Of a stretch of 64,000 nucleotides of DNA, positions 58,879 to 64,000 are shown piece after piece (the stretch's first letter is position 1; each line of letters starts with the position of its first letter). Made by a program: the position numbers and the translations under genes. The notes under the pieces were generated by a model. The model saw only the letters and a program-made list of their open reading frames with translations. It searched no databases and was not told the origin of the DNA. Where the stretch lies: positions 1,504,001 to 1,568,000 of the forward strand of contig NZ_JAQNDL010000003.1 of NCBI RefSeq assembly GCF_028368995.1, read 5' to 3'. This DNA comes from Nannocystis bainbridge. GTDB taxonomy: Bacteria > Myxococcota_A > Polyangia > Nannocystales > Nannocystaceae.

Positions 58879-59520
58879 GTGGCCGTCAAGCGTCGCATCG
58901 AGCCCCGTCGCCGCCCCGTTCAGGACCGTTCGCAGGCCACCGTCGCCGCCGTCCTCCAAGCTGCAGCTTATATTTTGGTGCGCGAAGGCTACGCCCGCCT
59001 CACGACCAACCGGATCGCCGAGCGCGCCGGGGTCAACATCGCCTCGCTCTACCAGTTCTTCCCCAACAAGGAGGCCATCGTCGTCGAGCTCGAGCGGCGC
59101 CACGGCGAGCGCACCGACGCGGCGATGAAGGCCGCGCTCGCTCGCCCGCGCGGCGGCGATCTCGAGTCGACCCTGCGCGCGCTGGTCGAGGCCTACGTCG
59201 CCGCGCAGACGATCGAGCCGGCCCTGCAGCGGGCCTTCACCGAGGAGGTGCCGCGGCTCCGCGGCCGCCGCTCGGCCACCGGCGGCGAGCGCTGCGGCGC
59301 CGACGTCACCCAGCTCCTGGCCGCGTTCGGCGTCCGCTCGCAGCGGCTCGAGCTGGCCGGCTGGATGCTGGCGACGATCTGCCGCGAGGTCGTCTACCAC
59401 GGCGTGCTCGAGCGCGGCGCCGACACCCGCTCCGGCGCCCTCGTCGACGAGTTGGTCGGCATGCTCGCCGGGTGGCTGCGCGACGGCCGGGACGAAGCCC
59501 CGGGACGACCCAAAGCGTGA
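58879..59520 (+). CDS. TetR family transcriptional regulator
   Basis: PRRRPVQDRSQATV, TTNRIAERAGVNIASLYQFFPNKEAI; divergent from the SDR. Confidence 0.92.
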   Translation: MAVKRRIEPRRRPVQDRSQATVAAVLQAAAYILVREGYARLTTNRIAERAGVNIASLYQFFPNKEAIVVELERRHGERTDAAMKAALARPRGGDLESTLRALVEAYVAAQTIEPALQRAFTEEVPRLRGRRSATGGERCGADVTQLLAAFGVRSQRLELAGWMLATICREVVYHGVLERGADTRSGALVDELVGMLAGWLRDGRDEAPGRPKA

Positions 59521-59553
59521 CCTCGGGCGGACTGTCCCGCGACGCGCCTCGCT

Positions 59554-64000
<4,447 letters not shown>

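Overview
Very GC-rich chromosomal DNA with a myxobacterial gene repertoire (most like Nannocystis; this is inference): several Ser/Thr kinases, lipoproteins with Ser/Thr-rich stalks, Cys-rich-repeat/fibrinogen-like proteins, lipid-metabolism genes, an orphan type I methyltransferase pair (hsdM-hsdS, no hsdR) and a CzcB/CzcA-type efflux operon at the right edge. I saw no rRNA, tRNA, CRISPR array, transposase or integrase. The strongest unexplained signal is a dispersed 14-bp palindrome, TGTC-N6-GACA. It occurs singly or as abutting arrays (junction GACATGTC) at more than 20 loci. I counted 19 exact copies by eye, against less than 1 expected by chance. It sits between convergent genes, in promoter regions and inside coding linkers, which suggests an undescribed chromosome-wide protein-binding site system. 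Other highlights are a leaderless beta/gamma-crystallin + aerolysin(ETX/MTX2)-like protein beside a decayed imuA-like gene, a twice-repeated CTGAAC-N14-GTTCAGGTCGC operator-like motif, and an AT-richer standalone kinase. All calls come from reading the sequence by eye; no searches were run.
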